64,000 nt of DNA, from NCBI GenBank assembly GCA_963789265.1, contig CAWBKB010000001.1, forward strand, positions 704,001-768,000, in the 5' to 3' direction. The translations under genes were made by a program, and so were the position numbers. The DNA is from an uncultured delta proteobacterium (lineage in GTDB: Bacteria; Desulfobacterota; Desulfomonilia; Desulfomonilales; Desulfomonilaceae). A model generated the notes under the pieces. It made no database searches. It saw only the letters and a list, made by a program, of their open reading frames with translations, and was not told the origin of the DNA. Shown one piece after another: positions 50,397 to 61,600 of this stretch; position 1 is the first letter of the stretch; each line of letters starts with the position of its first letter.

Positions 50397-53261
50397 ATGA
50401 GAAGAATTTTTGCAGTCATTGCGGTGTTATGTATGCCTATTGTCTTCTTGCCGGCTGTCGGGTCGGCCCAGTCCAGGGCAGACGCGATACGGCTCCACAA
50501 GGAAGCGGATGCCTTGAAACAAAAAGCCCGATCTTATTCAGACCTGAAACAGGCAGAACAGAAATACCTCCAGGCCATTGCAATTTATCAAAGGGTCGGG
50601 GAACGAAAAAATCTAGGAATCGCCTGCCAGAGTGTGGGGATTATCTATAGCGATTGGGGTCAGTACGCCAAGGCAGTGGAATTCTACGAGAAGTCTCTTG
50701 CTATCACGAGACAGATCGGACCCGCAAAGACTGAAGGGCAAATCCTGAACAACCTGGGACTTGTATATAAGGCTTGGGGTCAGTATGCCAAGGCCGTGGA
50801 ATTCTACGAGAAAGATTTGGCGATAGCCAGAAAGATCGGGGATGTAAAGGCGGAAGGGACCGTCCTGGGCAACCTGGGAATCGTATATGATGAACAGGGT
50901 CAGTATGCCAAGGCCGTGGAATTCTACGAGAAAGATTTGGCGATAGCCAGAAAGATCGGATACGTAAAGGGTGAAGGTTACACCCTGAACAACCTGGGGG
51001 TCATATATTGGTATCGGGGTCAGTATGCCAAGGCCGTGGAATTCTTCCAGAAAGACTTGGCCATATTCAGAAAGATCGGGGATGTGAAGGGTGAAGGGGC
51101 AACCCTGGGCAACCTGGGGGTCGTATATGGGGCTTGGGGCCACTATGCCAAGGAAGTGGAATTCTACGAGAAGTCTCTTGCTATCAGCCGAAGGATCGGC
51201 GACGTGAAGACTGAAGGCAAAACCCTGGGCAACCTGGGGCTCGTATATCAGGACTGGGGCGAGTACGACAAGGCTTTGACGAATTTTCAGAAGGTGCTGG
51301 CAATCTACCTCAAAATCGGAGTTCCGACCAAGTGGCCCAAGGAATCCATCGGCAATCTCTATCTGGACAGGGGTGAGATCGGAAAAGCCGAGCCGTTTAT
51401 TAAAGAAGCGAACTACACCAGGTCCCTGGGGAGGCTCAGCCTGCTCAAAGCGGATTACGGAAAGGCAAAAGAGTATTACGGGAAACTTCGTCAAGACGCT
51501 GAGAAGAATCAGGATTCAGCGGATCTCTTCACATCTTATACCGGCCTGGGAATGACATACGAGAAGATGGAAGACAACCCTGCGGCCGCAGACTATTTCC
51601 GCAAAGCCATTGATCGTACGGAAGACCTGCGTGCCGGTCTGAATCCTGCCGAGAAAGCGGAGTTCTACAATGTCAGAGTCGGCGGCTTTTACAGGACCGC
51701 TCCTTATGAGGGGCTTGCGCGAGTACTGGTTAAACTGAACAAGCCCCTGGATGCCTTAAAGGAATCCGAGTATACCAGAGCCCGTATGTTTGCGGAACGC
51801 ATCTCGAAGAGAGCGGAAGGGTCTGCTCCGCACATTCCACAGGACGTGCTGGAAAAAGATTCACAACTCAATGATCAGCTCGCAGGACTAAGTAAGAACA
51901 TCCAGAAAGCGTACGAGAAGCAAAACAAAGAGGTCATAGCCGCACTTGAGCCCCAGATGAAGACGGCAAAAGAAAACCTTGCCGCGCATATTGACATGCT
52001 CCGCAAACAGTATCCGCTCTTTGCCGCGACCAAGTACCCGCAACCAATGGGGCTGGATCAATCTGCCCTGAAAGATAACGAATGGGTACTGGCGTACCAG
52101 GTCACGGATCCGGGAATCATCATCTACCTCACCAGAGGGAAACATCTCGTTAAGGGACTGTTCAAACCCACTCCGAGAAAACAAGTGGATGAACTGGTCA
52201 GAAAGTTCCGTCAGCCGATGGAACTGGGGCCTGACGATGACCTCAAACAAAAGTTGGCGGTGTTTGATTTTCAATCCGGCAAGCGACTGTCAGACCTCCT
52301 TCTTGCCGACATCCTTCCGGATCTTCCCAAGAATACTCCGGTAATCATCGTCCCTGACGGTTCGCTCGGAGTAGTCCCGTTCGAGATGCTGGTCTTAAAC
52401 GATGGCGGAAGGGTAGTTACGAACGGCAATAGACCTCAAACCTCCGGTGCCGAATTCTTCGGAGATCGCAATCCCATTTCTTATTACCAGTCAATCACGG
52501 CATTGACTCTGGCAAGAACCCTAGGGAAGCAGGAGAAGCCCGGGCAGAAACTATTAGCAATGGTTGACCCTGTTTTCTCTTCCGACGATCCTCGGCTGGT
52601 GAAACTTGCCAAACAGGAGAAGGACAAGCTTTTGGCCACTCTTCCAAAAGACCTTACCATGTCTATCGAGACTGAGAGCGGCCTTACTTTTCATAGGCTT
52701 CCGCTCACCGCTGAACTTGGCGAGTCCCTGAAGAAATCCGACCCTTCCAGGACCGATCTGTACGAAGGGATGACCGCCAAAAAGTCGGTCCTCCTCGGGA
52801 AAGACCTTACTCCGTACCGCTCCTTGGTGTTCGGCACACATGGGTATGCCGGGGAGGATCTTCCTGGAATACAAGAGCCCGTGCTGGTACTGAGCCTTGT
52901 TGGTGAACCCAAGGGTCACGACGGATTCCTGAGACTGAGCGAAGTCATGGGCTTGAAGCTCAACTGCGACGTAGCCGCGCTGACCGCGTGCCAGAGCGGC
53001 CTTGGGCGGCAAATCTCGGGTGAAGGCACAATGGGAATGGGAAGGGCCTTTCAGTACGCAGGAGCAAAAAGTGTATTGATGAGTCTGTGGTCTGTGAGTG
53101 AAACGGCGTCCGTGAATCTCGTGGAGAGTTTCTTCAAACATTTGAAGGAAGGGAAAAACAAACTCGAAGCGCTACGACTTGCCAGGCAAGAAATACGGAA
53201 GGCAGGATACGATCATCCCTTTTATTGGGCACCATTCATCTTGGTGGGTGAAGTGAACTGA
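50397..53261 (+). CDS. Exported TPR-repeat + CHAT (caspase-like) protease
   Basis: Signal peptide; 40-aa TPR units; IVPDGSL..VPF, FGTHG, LTACQSG, HPFYWAPFILVG. Confidence 0.93.
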   Translation: MRRIFAVIAVLCMPIVFLPAVGSAQSRADAIRLHKEADALKQKARSYSDLKQAEQKYLQAIAIYQRVGERKNLGIACQSVGIIYSDWGQYAKAVEFYEKSLAITRQIGPAKTEGQILNNLGLVYKAWGQYAKAVEFYEKDLAIARKIGDVKAEGTVLGNLGIVYDEQGQYAKAVEFYEKDLAIARKIGYVKGEGYTLNNLGVIYWYRGQYAKAVEFFQKDLAIFRKIGDVKGEGATLGNLGVVYGAWGHYAKEVEFYEKSLAISRRIGDVKTEGKTLGNLGLVYQDWGEYDKALTNFQKVLAIYLKIGVPTKWPKESIGNLYLDRGEIGKAEPFIKEANYTRSLGRLSLLKADYGKAKEYYGKLRQDAEKNQDSADLFTSYTGLGMTYEKMEDNPAAADYFRKAIDRTEDLRAGLNPAEKAEFYNVRVGGFYRTAPYEGLARVLVKLNKPLDALKESEYTRARMFAERISKRAEGSAPHIPQDVLEKDSQLNDQLAGLSKNIQKAYEKQNKEVIAALEPQMKTAKENLAAHIDMLRKQYPLFAATKYPQPMGLDQSALKDNEWVLAYQVTDPGIIIYLTRGKHLVKGLFKPTPRKQVDELVRKFRQPMELGPDDDLKQKLAVFDFQSGKRLSDLLLADILPDLPKNTPVIIVPDGSLGVVPFEMLVLNDGGRVVTNGNRPQTSGAEFFGDRNPISYYQSITALTLARTLGKQEKPGQKLLAMVDPVFSSDDPRLVKLAKQEKDKLLATLPKDLTMSIETESGLTFHRLPLTAELGESLKKSDPSRTDLYEGMTAKKSVLLGKDLTPYRSLVFGTHGYAGEDLPGIQEPVLVLSLVGEPKGHDGFLRLSEVMGLKLNCDVAALTACQSGLGRQISGEGTMGMGRAFQYAGAKSVLMSLWSVSETASVNLVESFFKHLKEGKNKLEALRLARQEIRKAGYDHPFYWAPFILVGEVN
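50600..51320 (+). repeat. About six tandem 120-bp repeats encoding TPR units
   Basis: ggtcagtatgccaaggccgtggaattctacgag-like sequence recurs at a 120-nt period (about 50658, 50778, 50898, 51018, 51138, 51258). Confidence 0.9.
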
Positions 53262-53337
53262 GAGAAGAGAAACTCAACCACAGAGACACAGAGCACACAG
53301 AGAAAACCGTCAGATGGTACGGCGCGGGTTTCGAACC

Positions 53338-53511
53338 CAATGCTGTTGACTTAAGGGACCTCCGTCTACCCCACCGTCACCCCGGCGAAGGCCGGGGTCC
53401 AGGGGAGATTAGGAAAACCTGGATTCCGGCCTCCGCCGGAATGACGAGGTGAAGGCCCGTCGAAGGAAAAGCTCCTGGACAAGAGGCATGCGGCTTAAGT
53501 CAACAGCATTG
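53338..53511. mobile_element. Second copy of the CAATGCTGTTGACTTAAG MITE, inserted into a REP hairpin
   Basis: Near-identical to 49616-49790; flanks ggtttcgaacc/ggtttcaaacc. Confidence 0.9.
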
Positions 53512-53666
53512 GGTTTCAAACCCGCCCATACATGCCGTCATGCCCCATACGGGGGAACCAATTGTAGAGGCAGACCCATGTGTCTGCCTTGGGCGGACAC
53601 GCGGGTCCGCCCCTACCAGGAACACGGTGTCTCTGTCGAGATCGTGACACGAAAGTTGCTATAGTT

Positions 53667-53764
53667 CTGGTTCCCAGGCTCTGCCCGCAAACTGGATTCA
53701 TTTCACTATCATAGTCGAGGCAGAGCCTGGCGACAGGCATTCCTAGGCAGAGCCTGGGAACGAG
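53667..53764. repeat. GTTCCCAGGCTCTGCC...GGCAGAGCCTGGGAAC palindrome family
   Basis: Second copy at 58514-58641. Confidence 0.8.
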
Positions 53765-54118
53765 AAAAAAGACTAATTTGACGCCCAGAATCGTGCCACA
53801 ATTAAGCCTGGTCAGCATTTTAGGTGCCCTCACCCCAGCCCTCTCCCAGAGGGAGAGGGAGCTGATCCAAGGTCTCTATTAGCGTCCCCTCGCCCTTTGG
53901 GAGAGGGTCAAGGTGAGGGGATTTCGTGTTACGATTGCGTCCAGTTCAAGAGTTTTGAAACAGTTTCTCCCTGCCGACGTTTCGCAAACAACCCCGCGTT
54001 CCGCGGGGAGGCCGGTCTGACTGGCAACCGGCAAGATGCCGGTCCTACTGTCCCGCTAAACGCGGGAATGACGGCTGTGGTACCAGAATACGAGACCGGA
54101 TTTGCTTGAAAGTAGTAC

Positions 54119-54313
54119 TAATACCGATTCGCTTTCAAACAAGTGACATCGTGTTTTTAGTGGGACAGGCATCTTGCCTGTCGTCATGCCCGCGTACGCG
54201 GGCATCCAGACTGGACCCCGGATCGAAGTCCGGGGTGACCAATGGCAGGCAGGATGCCTGCCCCACCATATCCTCGCGGGGATTGTCACTTGTTTCATGG
54301 CGCACTGGCATAA
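54119..54313 (+). mobile_element. MITE, TAATACCGATTCGC family
   Basis: Near copy of 43332-43549. Confidence 0.8.
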
Positions 54314-54355
54314 GTAATTTCCCCGCGTCTTCTTCCTTGTTTCACGAGACCGGTA

Positions 54356-56948
54356 TCAGGTATTCTTCAGCTCTTCTGCATCAATTGGTAGCCGACGGAT
54401 GCGTTTACCCGTAAGGGCGAAGATGGCATTCCCAACTGCCGGGGCGATAGGCGGTACGCCGGGTTCTCCCACGCCTGTCGGCGGTTCTTGGCTCGTTACA
54501 ATATGAACGTCGACTTCAGGCATTTGGTCCAGGCTCAACATTGGATAGTCGTCGAAATTGCTCTGCTGAATCCTGCCGTCCTTCAAGGTTATAGCATCGT
54601 GCAGGGCCGCAGTCAGACCGAAGACGATTCCGCCTTCTATTTGCGCCTTGACAATATCCGGGTTGACCACTTTGCCGCAGTCCACCACGGCCACTACCCT
54701 GTGGACGCGCACTGCTCCATTCCGGCCGACCGATGACTCCGCCACGCAGGCGACGAAGCTTCCGAATGATTTGTGCAGGGCTATGCCCCGGCCGCGATCT
54801 TCAGGCAGTGCCGAGCCCCAGTCGGCCTCCTCTGCGGCCAGGTTCAAGACAGCTCGATTCCGCGGGTGATTTGCGAGAAGCGTGCGCCGGAAATCATAAG
54901 GATCTTTCCCCGCCGTGTGCGCGAGCTCATCCATGAAGCTCTCAACTACGAAGGCAGTGTGAGAATGGCCGACCGAGCGCCACCACTGCACCGGCACTCC
55001 AATCTTAGGACTGTGCAGGTCAACGAGCATGTTGGGGATCTCGTACGGCATGTCGTAAGCTCCTTCAACCGATGTCACATCTATACCGTCCTGCAACATG
55101 GCCCCTTCAAAAGGCGTTCCGACAATTATTGATTGGCCGACGATTGTGTGATGCCACGCAACGGGGGCTCCGTTTGCATCGAGTCCGGCGGAAATTCGAT
55201 CGTACCACATCGGGCGATACCAGCCGCCTTTCATGTCATCTTCACGAGTCCATATCACTTTGACTGCTTCTTTGGCTGCCTTGGCCACATGCACAGCTTG
55301 GACTACGAAATCGGACTTGGGATTGGCGCGGCGCCCAAAGCCGCCTCCAAGCAGGGTGGTATGAACCTTGACCTGTTCCGGCTTGAGTCCCGCAACTTGC
55401 GCCGCTGCGCTTCGATCCACAGTTTGGAACTGAGTTCCCGTCCAAATTTCGCAACTGTTATCCCGCAGATCAACCACACAATTCAGAGGCTCCATAGGGG
55501 CGTGCGCCAGGTACGGGACCTCATATTCCGCGCTGATTTTCTTAGCCGCTTTCGACAGGGCTTGTGAGGTGTCGCCCTCTTTCTTCGCTACTGTTCCGGG
55601 AGTTTGGGCCATCTTCGCGTACTGCTCTCGCATGCTCTCAGTGGAAAGCTGCGCGTTGGGCCCTTCGTCCCAGACGATCTCGAGAGCATCCCGGCCGACC
55701 GTCGCCGGCCAAAAGCCTGTTGCGACAACCGCAACGCCGGTGGGTACTTGAACTACGTCTTTCACCCCGGGAACGGCCCTGGCCTTATCGGCATTGAAGC
55801 TCGCAACTTCTCCTTCGAAAACCGGGGCACGGGCCACCACTGCGGTGAGCATGTCGGGGATATTGATGTCTATTCCGAAGACCCCCGTCCCGTTCGTCTT
55901 TTCAGGAGTGTCCAGACGTTTGACCGGCTTGCCGATGACCTTGAATTCGGATGAGTCTTTTAGCGGAACTTCTTTAGGCTGAGGCATGTTCGCGGCTCTG
56001 GCGGCCAATTGACCGTAGGTCAGACTTTTGCCGCTCGAATGGATTACCTTGCCCTCTTCAGCGCGGCAGCTTGTTTTATCTACGTTCCACACATCGGCGG
56101 CTGCGGCAATGAGCATTTCCCGAGCGCTCGCACCGACTCGACGCGATCTCTCCCACTCGCTCGGCACACTCGTACTGCCGCCTGTGCCCTGAATACCCCA
56201 TTCGGGATGGTTGTACGCCGGATCTACGGGTGCGGCTTTTACTACGATTTTCTTCCAATCACACTCCAATTCCTCAGCCACGAGCATTGGCAGGGAAGTG
56301 TAAACTCCTTGCCCCATTTCCGAATGATTGGCGACAATAGTTACCGTTTCGTCGGCTGCGATGCGAATAAACGCGTTTAGGGACGATCCTCCCGAGTTTC
56401 CGGCCAATTGACTCGACGAACGCGGGGTGCTCGAGTAGGCGGCAGGCATTGCGCCTTGGCCCACGCTCATCTGTGACGCCCGATGTATCGCGCGGCGAAT
56501 TCGCTGATATGTTCCGCATCGGCAAATGCTGTGAGACATTGCGCGGTCGATATCTTCATCTGTGGGGTCCGGTTTTGCGGTCAAGAGAGCCGCGGCAGTC
56601 ATAATTTGGCCTGAATGACAGTAACCACACTGTGGCACTTGCTCCTCGATCCACGCCATCTGCACGGGGTGGTTTCCATCGGCGGAGAGCCCTTCGATTG
56701 TCACGATCTCTTTGCCCATCACCTTTGAAACAGGAGTACCGACAGGACCGGACGGGTTTTCCATCCACATGCACTGTACAGGCTCCGCAAATCGCCTTGC
56801 CGCAACCGTACTTCGTGCCGGTGAGACCAAGGTTTTCTCGAATTACCCACAAAAGTGGGGTTTCGGGCTGGACAGCCACTACATACTCTCTGCGGTTGAC
56901 GTTGAGCTTCACCTGCTGGAAGCTTTCCTCATCGATTTTCTCTGACAT
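54356..56948 (-). CDS. Fused (2Fe-2S) + molybdopterin-binding oxidoreductase (IorA/IorB-like, xanthine oxidase family), apparent frameshift at ~56740
   Basis: GTKYGCG...[20 protein letters not shown], then in frame [36 protein letters not shown]. Confidence 0.85.
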
Positions 56949-57287
56949 AGATTCCCCCTTGATCTGCTGCCGGACGGTAAAATAATTTGGAATTGTTCAC
57001 TTGCCAAAGAACACCACTGTCATTGCGAGGGCGTAAGCCCGTGGCAATCTCAGAATCAGCAGAAATAGATTGCTTCGTCGTACTACTCCTCGCAATGACA
57101 CTATCTCGTAACCTGGCTCTTGGGCAACGGTAGCATTTCGAAATAATTTGGCTAATTCAGAGCTTTGAGTGACACAAATTGCCCTGAGTCTTTCAGGAAT
57201 TTCATTACGATTTATCAGCACAAGAAATTATGCGCAGCCCTACTAACATATTGGACAAGACACACCAATCAATAAAATGTTGCCTAT

Positions 57288-58330
57288 TCAGCCCTTGGGC
57301 GGGTAAGCCGCTTCGGAGGGAATCACTTCAATTTCTTCTTTATTTGCTCGGCGCAGGATCGCGATTTTTACCGGTTGACCCACCGGCCATTCAGTCAGAA
57401 AGCGATGTAGATCATCCAGTGTGCCGACAGGCTTGTCAGCTATTGCGACGATGATATCACCATCACGCATTCCTGCACGATCCGCGGGACCGTTCGGATA
57501 TACCCTGATTATCTCAACAGCGTGCTCAACCGGGAGATTATGCAAACGCACGATGCGCCGATCCAGCCGACGTATGCCTGCTACAAGTCCGAGATAGCCG
57601 CGTTTGACACGCCCCTGAGTTATTAACTGAGGTACAATCCAATTTGCCGTATTGGAGGGGATGGCGAAGCCAATTCCTTGGGCCATTGCTATTATAGCGG
57701 TATTGATGCCGACCAGATGACCTCGGGAATCAACCAGGGGGCCGCCCGAGTTGCCCGGATTGAGAGGCGCGGTATGTTGAATAATGTTCTCGATCAACCG
57801 ACCGTCTCGGCTCCGAAGCGCTCGGCCGACCGCGCTTACCACACCGATTGATACAGTCGAGTCGAACCCCAAAGGATTTCCGATAGCAATCACGAGTTGA
57901 CCGGCTCTAAGCTTGCCCGAATCGCCCATAGCAGCATAAGGCAACCCTGACCCGTCCACGCGAATTACTGCGAGGTCGGTCGGAGGATCCTCGCCCACAA
58001 GTGTGGCGTGACGGGTTATCCCGTCATTGAACTTCACTTCCACCGTTTCCGCACCGGAGACAACATGGCTATTAGTAAGGACGTAGCCGTCCGGTGCGAT
58101 TACAACACCCGAACCGGTCCCGCCCATTGGAAAAGCCTGTCGCTCATCGCTGGACTTGATCCGGACTCCGATGCTGGTGGCGCAACAGCTTCCACCACCG
58201 TCTCAACTGCCCTGGAATATGCATCAAGCAACTCTACATCTGATGCCTTTGCATCCCGCACTCGGCAACGACGATCCTTCAGTGCCGAGTTGTCATCATG
58301 GTCCGGTCCGATTTTGGATTGTTCAGACAC
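57288..58330 (-). CDS. HtrA/DegP-like serine protease with PDZ domain, apparent frameshift at ~58180
   Basis: LLDAYSRAV...; GSG, LTNSHVV, DLAV, NPGNSGGPL; C-terminal PDZ. Confidence 0.88.
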
Positions 58331-58513
58331 CTTTCTATCCTTGGCTTAGCGATCTGTTTCTTAAATTCAGTCACGTATGCTGATTTACCTATGCCTGTAG
58401 CCGGAACCCTCTTCCGGTAGGACCGGCCTCTGTGCCGGTCGCTTATGATTCGCCGGCAGGGACGCCGGCGCTACCGTGCAAGTGGCACCGTACTTGTGAA
58501 ACGCAGTACTTTT

Positions 58514-58641
58514 CTGGTTCCCACGCTCTGCCTGGGAACCCATATCTCGCGGGCTCTGCCCGCAAACTGTTTTTCATTTCACCGTAATAGACGAGGCAGA
58601 GCCTCGTCAGCAGGCATTCCCAGGCAGAGCCTGGGAACGAG
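58514..58641. repeat. GTTCCCA.GCTCTGCC palindrome family copy
   Basis: Matches 53667-53764. Confidence 0.8.
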
Positions 58642-58656
58642 ACAACAGAGATGTTC

Positions 58657-61600
58657 TCATGCAGTATCACTCTTTCTCTCTCTTGCCCTGCGAGGCGCCA
58701 CAACGACTACCCCCCCGCTGGACGGGGCGGGTAAATGGCCCGAATGGAAAAATGATGTACGGTTGAGGACTTTCTCCTGAAACTCCTCGAGGTACAAATA
58801 GATCACCGGGGTGATGTAAAGGGTGATGAACTGGGATACCACCAGCCCGCCGACAACCACAAGTCCTAGAGGCCGGCGAGAGGCTGCATCGGCCCCGAAT
58901 CCCACCGCGATGGGCAAAGCACCGATGACCGCAGCCATGGTTGTCATCATGATGGGCCGGAATCGGTCCATGCTCGCGTCGTGAATCGCTTGTTCGGCTG
59001 ATTCACCCGCCTCCACCCGCTGTCGAGCGAAGTCTACTATCATGATCCCATTCTTCTTTACGATCCCCATCAGCATGAACAGGCCGACGAACGCATAGAG
59101 CGAAGCTTGTTCACGGAACAAAAGGAGTGTCAACAATCCTCCTACCATGGCCGTAGGAAGAGTAGAGAGCACCGTGAGCGGGTGAACATAACTCTCGTAC
59201 AGTATGGCCAGGATCACGTACATGACGAACACGGCCAATGCCATTAGGATGGTCAAATCACTTACGGCTTCCTGGAACGTCAGGGCTTCTCCCTGCAGAT
59301 TGGCACGCATGGTTGAAGGGACCACTTCCTCTGCAGCGCGCTTGATAAAGTCGGTGGCATCGCCCATTGCCACCCCGGGCTTCAAGTTAAAGTAAAATGT
59401 CACGCTCGGGAACTGATTCAGGTGATTTACGCTCTGAGGACCAAGCGTAGTCTTCCACGTGACCAGAGCGTCGAGGGGCACCAGGTTTCTTCCATCATCG
59501 GATTTTATATACAAGAGCGAGAGGTCCTGGGGCTTGGAGCGTTCAGCATCCGCCGCCTCCAGAATAACCTGGTATTGATCTTCAGGTTTTTTGATCAAGT
59601 AGAGGTAATTCTGCGCGTACGCGTTCTTCAGAAGAGTCAAGATCCGCGTCTCCGAAACCCCATAAATCTTGGCCTGGTCTCGGCGAATTTCTATGTTCAG
59701 GTTCGGGGTGTTGTGGAAGTAGTCCGACGAGACCGTTGCGAATCCAGGATATCCTCTAAGCTTGCCCATGAGTTTTTCCGACACCGCGTAGACTTGCTTT
59801 GGATTCACGCCGGAGATGGAGAAAGCATACTGCCCTTGATTGCGGTTAGTAGCCCCTGTGCTGATCTCCAACACCGGAAAGGGCCGCAAAAACGGAAAAA
59901 GCCCGGGAATGGCGGCCAGCCTGCCCATTAATCGCCCCGAAACGTTTTGAATGGGTGCACGTTCCCCGGGGGGCTTCAGGAAACAGAGCAGCAATCCCTG
60001 GTTGGAGGACAAAAACGAACTGTTCCCCGTCATCGTAAAGGTGGCTTTAACACCGGGGTCCTGTCTGATCAGCTCGTCGGCCTTGTCCTGGAGGCCCCGC
60101 ATCTGTTCGGGAGAGGAACCTTCCCGGGCTATCATGACACCCCAGATGAAGCTGCTGTCCCCCACGGGAAGGAAGGTCTTCGGAATCAGCATGAACAGCC
60201 CAACCGTACCAACAAGGCAGACTATCCACAACAGCGCCGAGATCCATCGACGTCTCAAAAACCACCAGAGCGACGCGCCGTAAGCTGCAAGCACACGTCT
60301 TTCCGCTCCACCGATAACGCGTTCCATCCATGTCTGCTTTGATCCGGGACCTCGGTCGCCAAGCAGTCGTGCGCACATGAGGGGAGTCAGTGTCAACGAC
60401 ACAATGCCTGAAGCGAAGATCGCGACCACGATGGTAATGGCGAATTCCCGAAAGATGCGGCCCATCAGTCCGGACATGAAGACCAGCGGGATAAATACTG
60501 CCGCGAGAGAAATGGTCATAGAAAGGATGGTGAAGCTGATTTCCAAGGCGCTATTGATGGCCGCCTGGAGAGCTTTCTCTCCGTGCTCCATCCGGCGCAC
60601 GGTGTTTTCAAGGAACACGATCGCGTCGTCAACAAGGAAGCCGATAGCGAGTGTGAGCGCCATGAGCGAGAGGTTGTCGAGGCTGTATCCCAGCACCCAC
60701 ATTGCCACGAATGTGAGCAGCAGTGATAAAGGGAGCGCCACGACCGGGATCAGGGTGTCGGTTGCCCGCCCGAGAAATAGGAAGATAACTATTACCACCA
60801 GGGTAAATGCTATGACGAGAGTCAATTGCACATCATCCACAGAATTTACGATGGTCTGCGAACGGTCATAAATCGTCGTGAGACGAACGGATGGCGGAAG
60901 TTCCGCGCTGATCCCCGGCAGCAAGTCACGGACGCTCTTTGCCACCGCAACTGCATTGGATCCGGCCTGGCGGAAGACGGCGACGACGACGGTGGCGGAC
61001 GGGACAGAGTAACCTCTGAGCCAAAAACGCATGTTGATCCGCTCGTCCTGGACCGAGTCAACGACTTTGGCCACATCGCGCAGGTACACCGGTGCCCCGT
61101 TTTTAGTGGCAACTATAAGATTGCCGTACGCTTTGGCGTTTTCCAGTTGGCCTTGCGGGTTAAGCAGTGCCGTACCCGAGGCACTATCGAATTGCCCCGC
61201 GCCTAGGTAACTAGTGCCGTTTTTAATGGCAGCGGCCAAGTCATCCATAGTTATGCCGCGAGCCCACATTCTGGACGGGTCAGCCTTGATACGAATGGCA
61301 GACTTCGTGCCATAGACATTTACACGGCTCACGCCAGGCAAAATGCTGATCCTCTCCCCTACCTGGGTGTTCGCATAGTCATATATCTTGCCCCGGGTTA
61401 CTGAATCGCTGGTCAGTGCGATGTACAAGATCGGCTGATCGTTAGGGTTGGTTTTGGAATAAGTCGGAGGGGAGGGGAGATCGACCGGCAGGCTACCGCT
61501 GGCCTGCGTGATCGCACTCTGCACGTCCGTGGCGGCAGCGTCGATGCTCTTTTCCAGGACGAATTGTAGCGTCAGGGTAGTATGCCCCTGGGTGCTCTTG

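Noticed and set aside
50600..51320. CRISPR array or DGR template/variable repeat
   Set aside because: The 120-bp period is in-frame TPR coding sequence with no unique spacers, and there is no cas or reverse transcriptase gene in the window.
50613..51494. 293-aa minus-strand repetitive ORF
   Set aside because: Antisense shadow of the TPR repeats.
49616..53511. Composite transposon carrying the TPR-CHAT gene between two MITEs
   Set aside because: Each MITE has its own, different 11-bp duplication, which indicates independent insertions.
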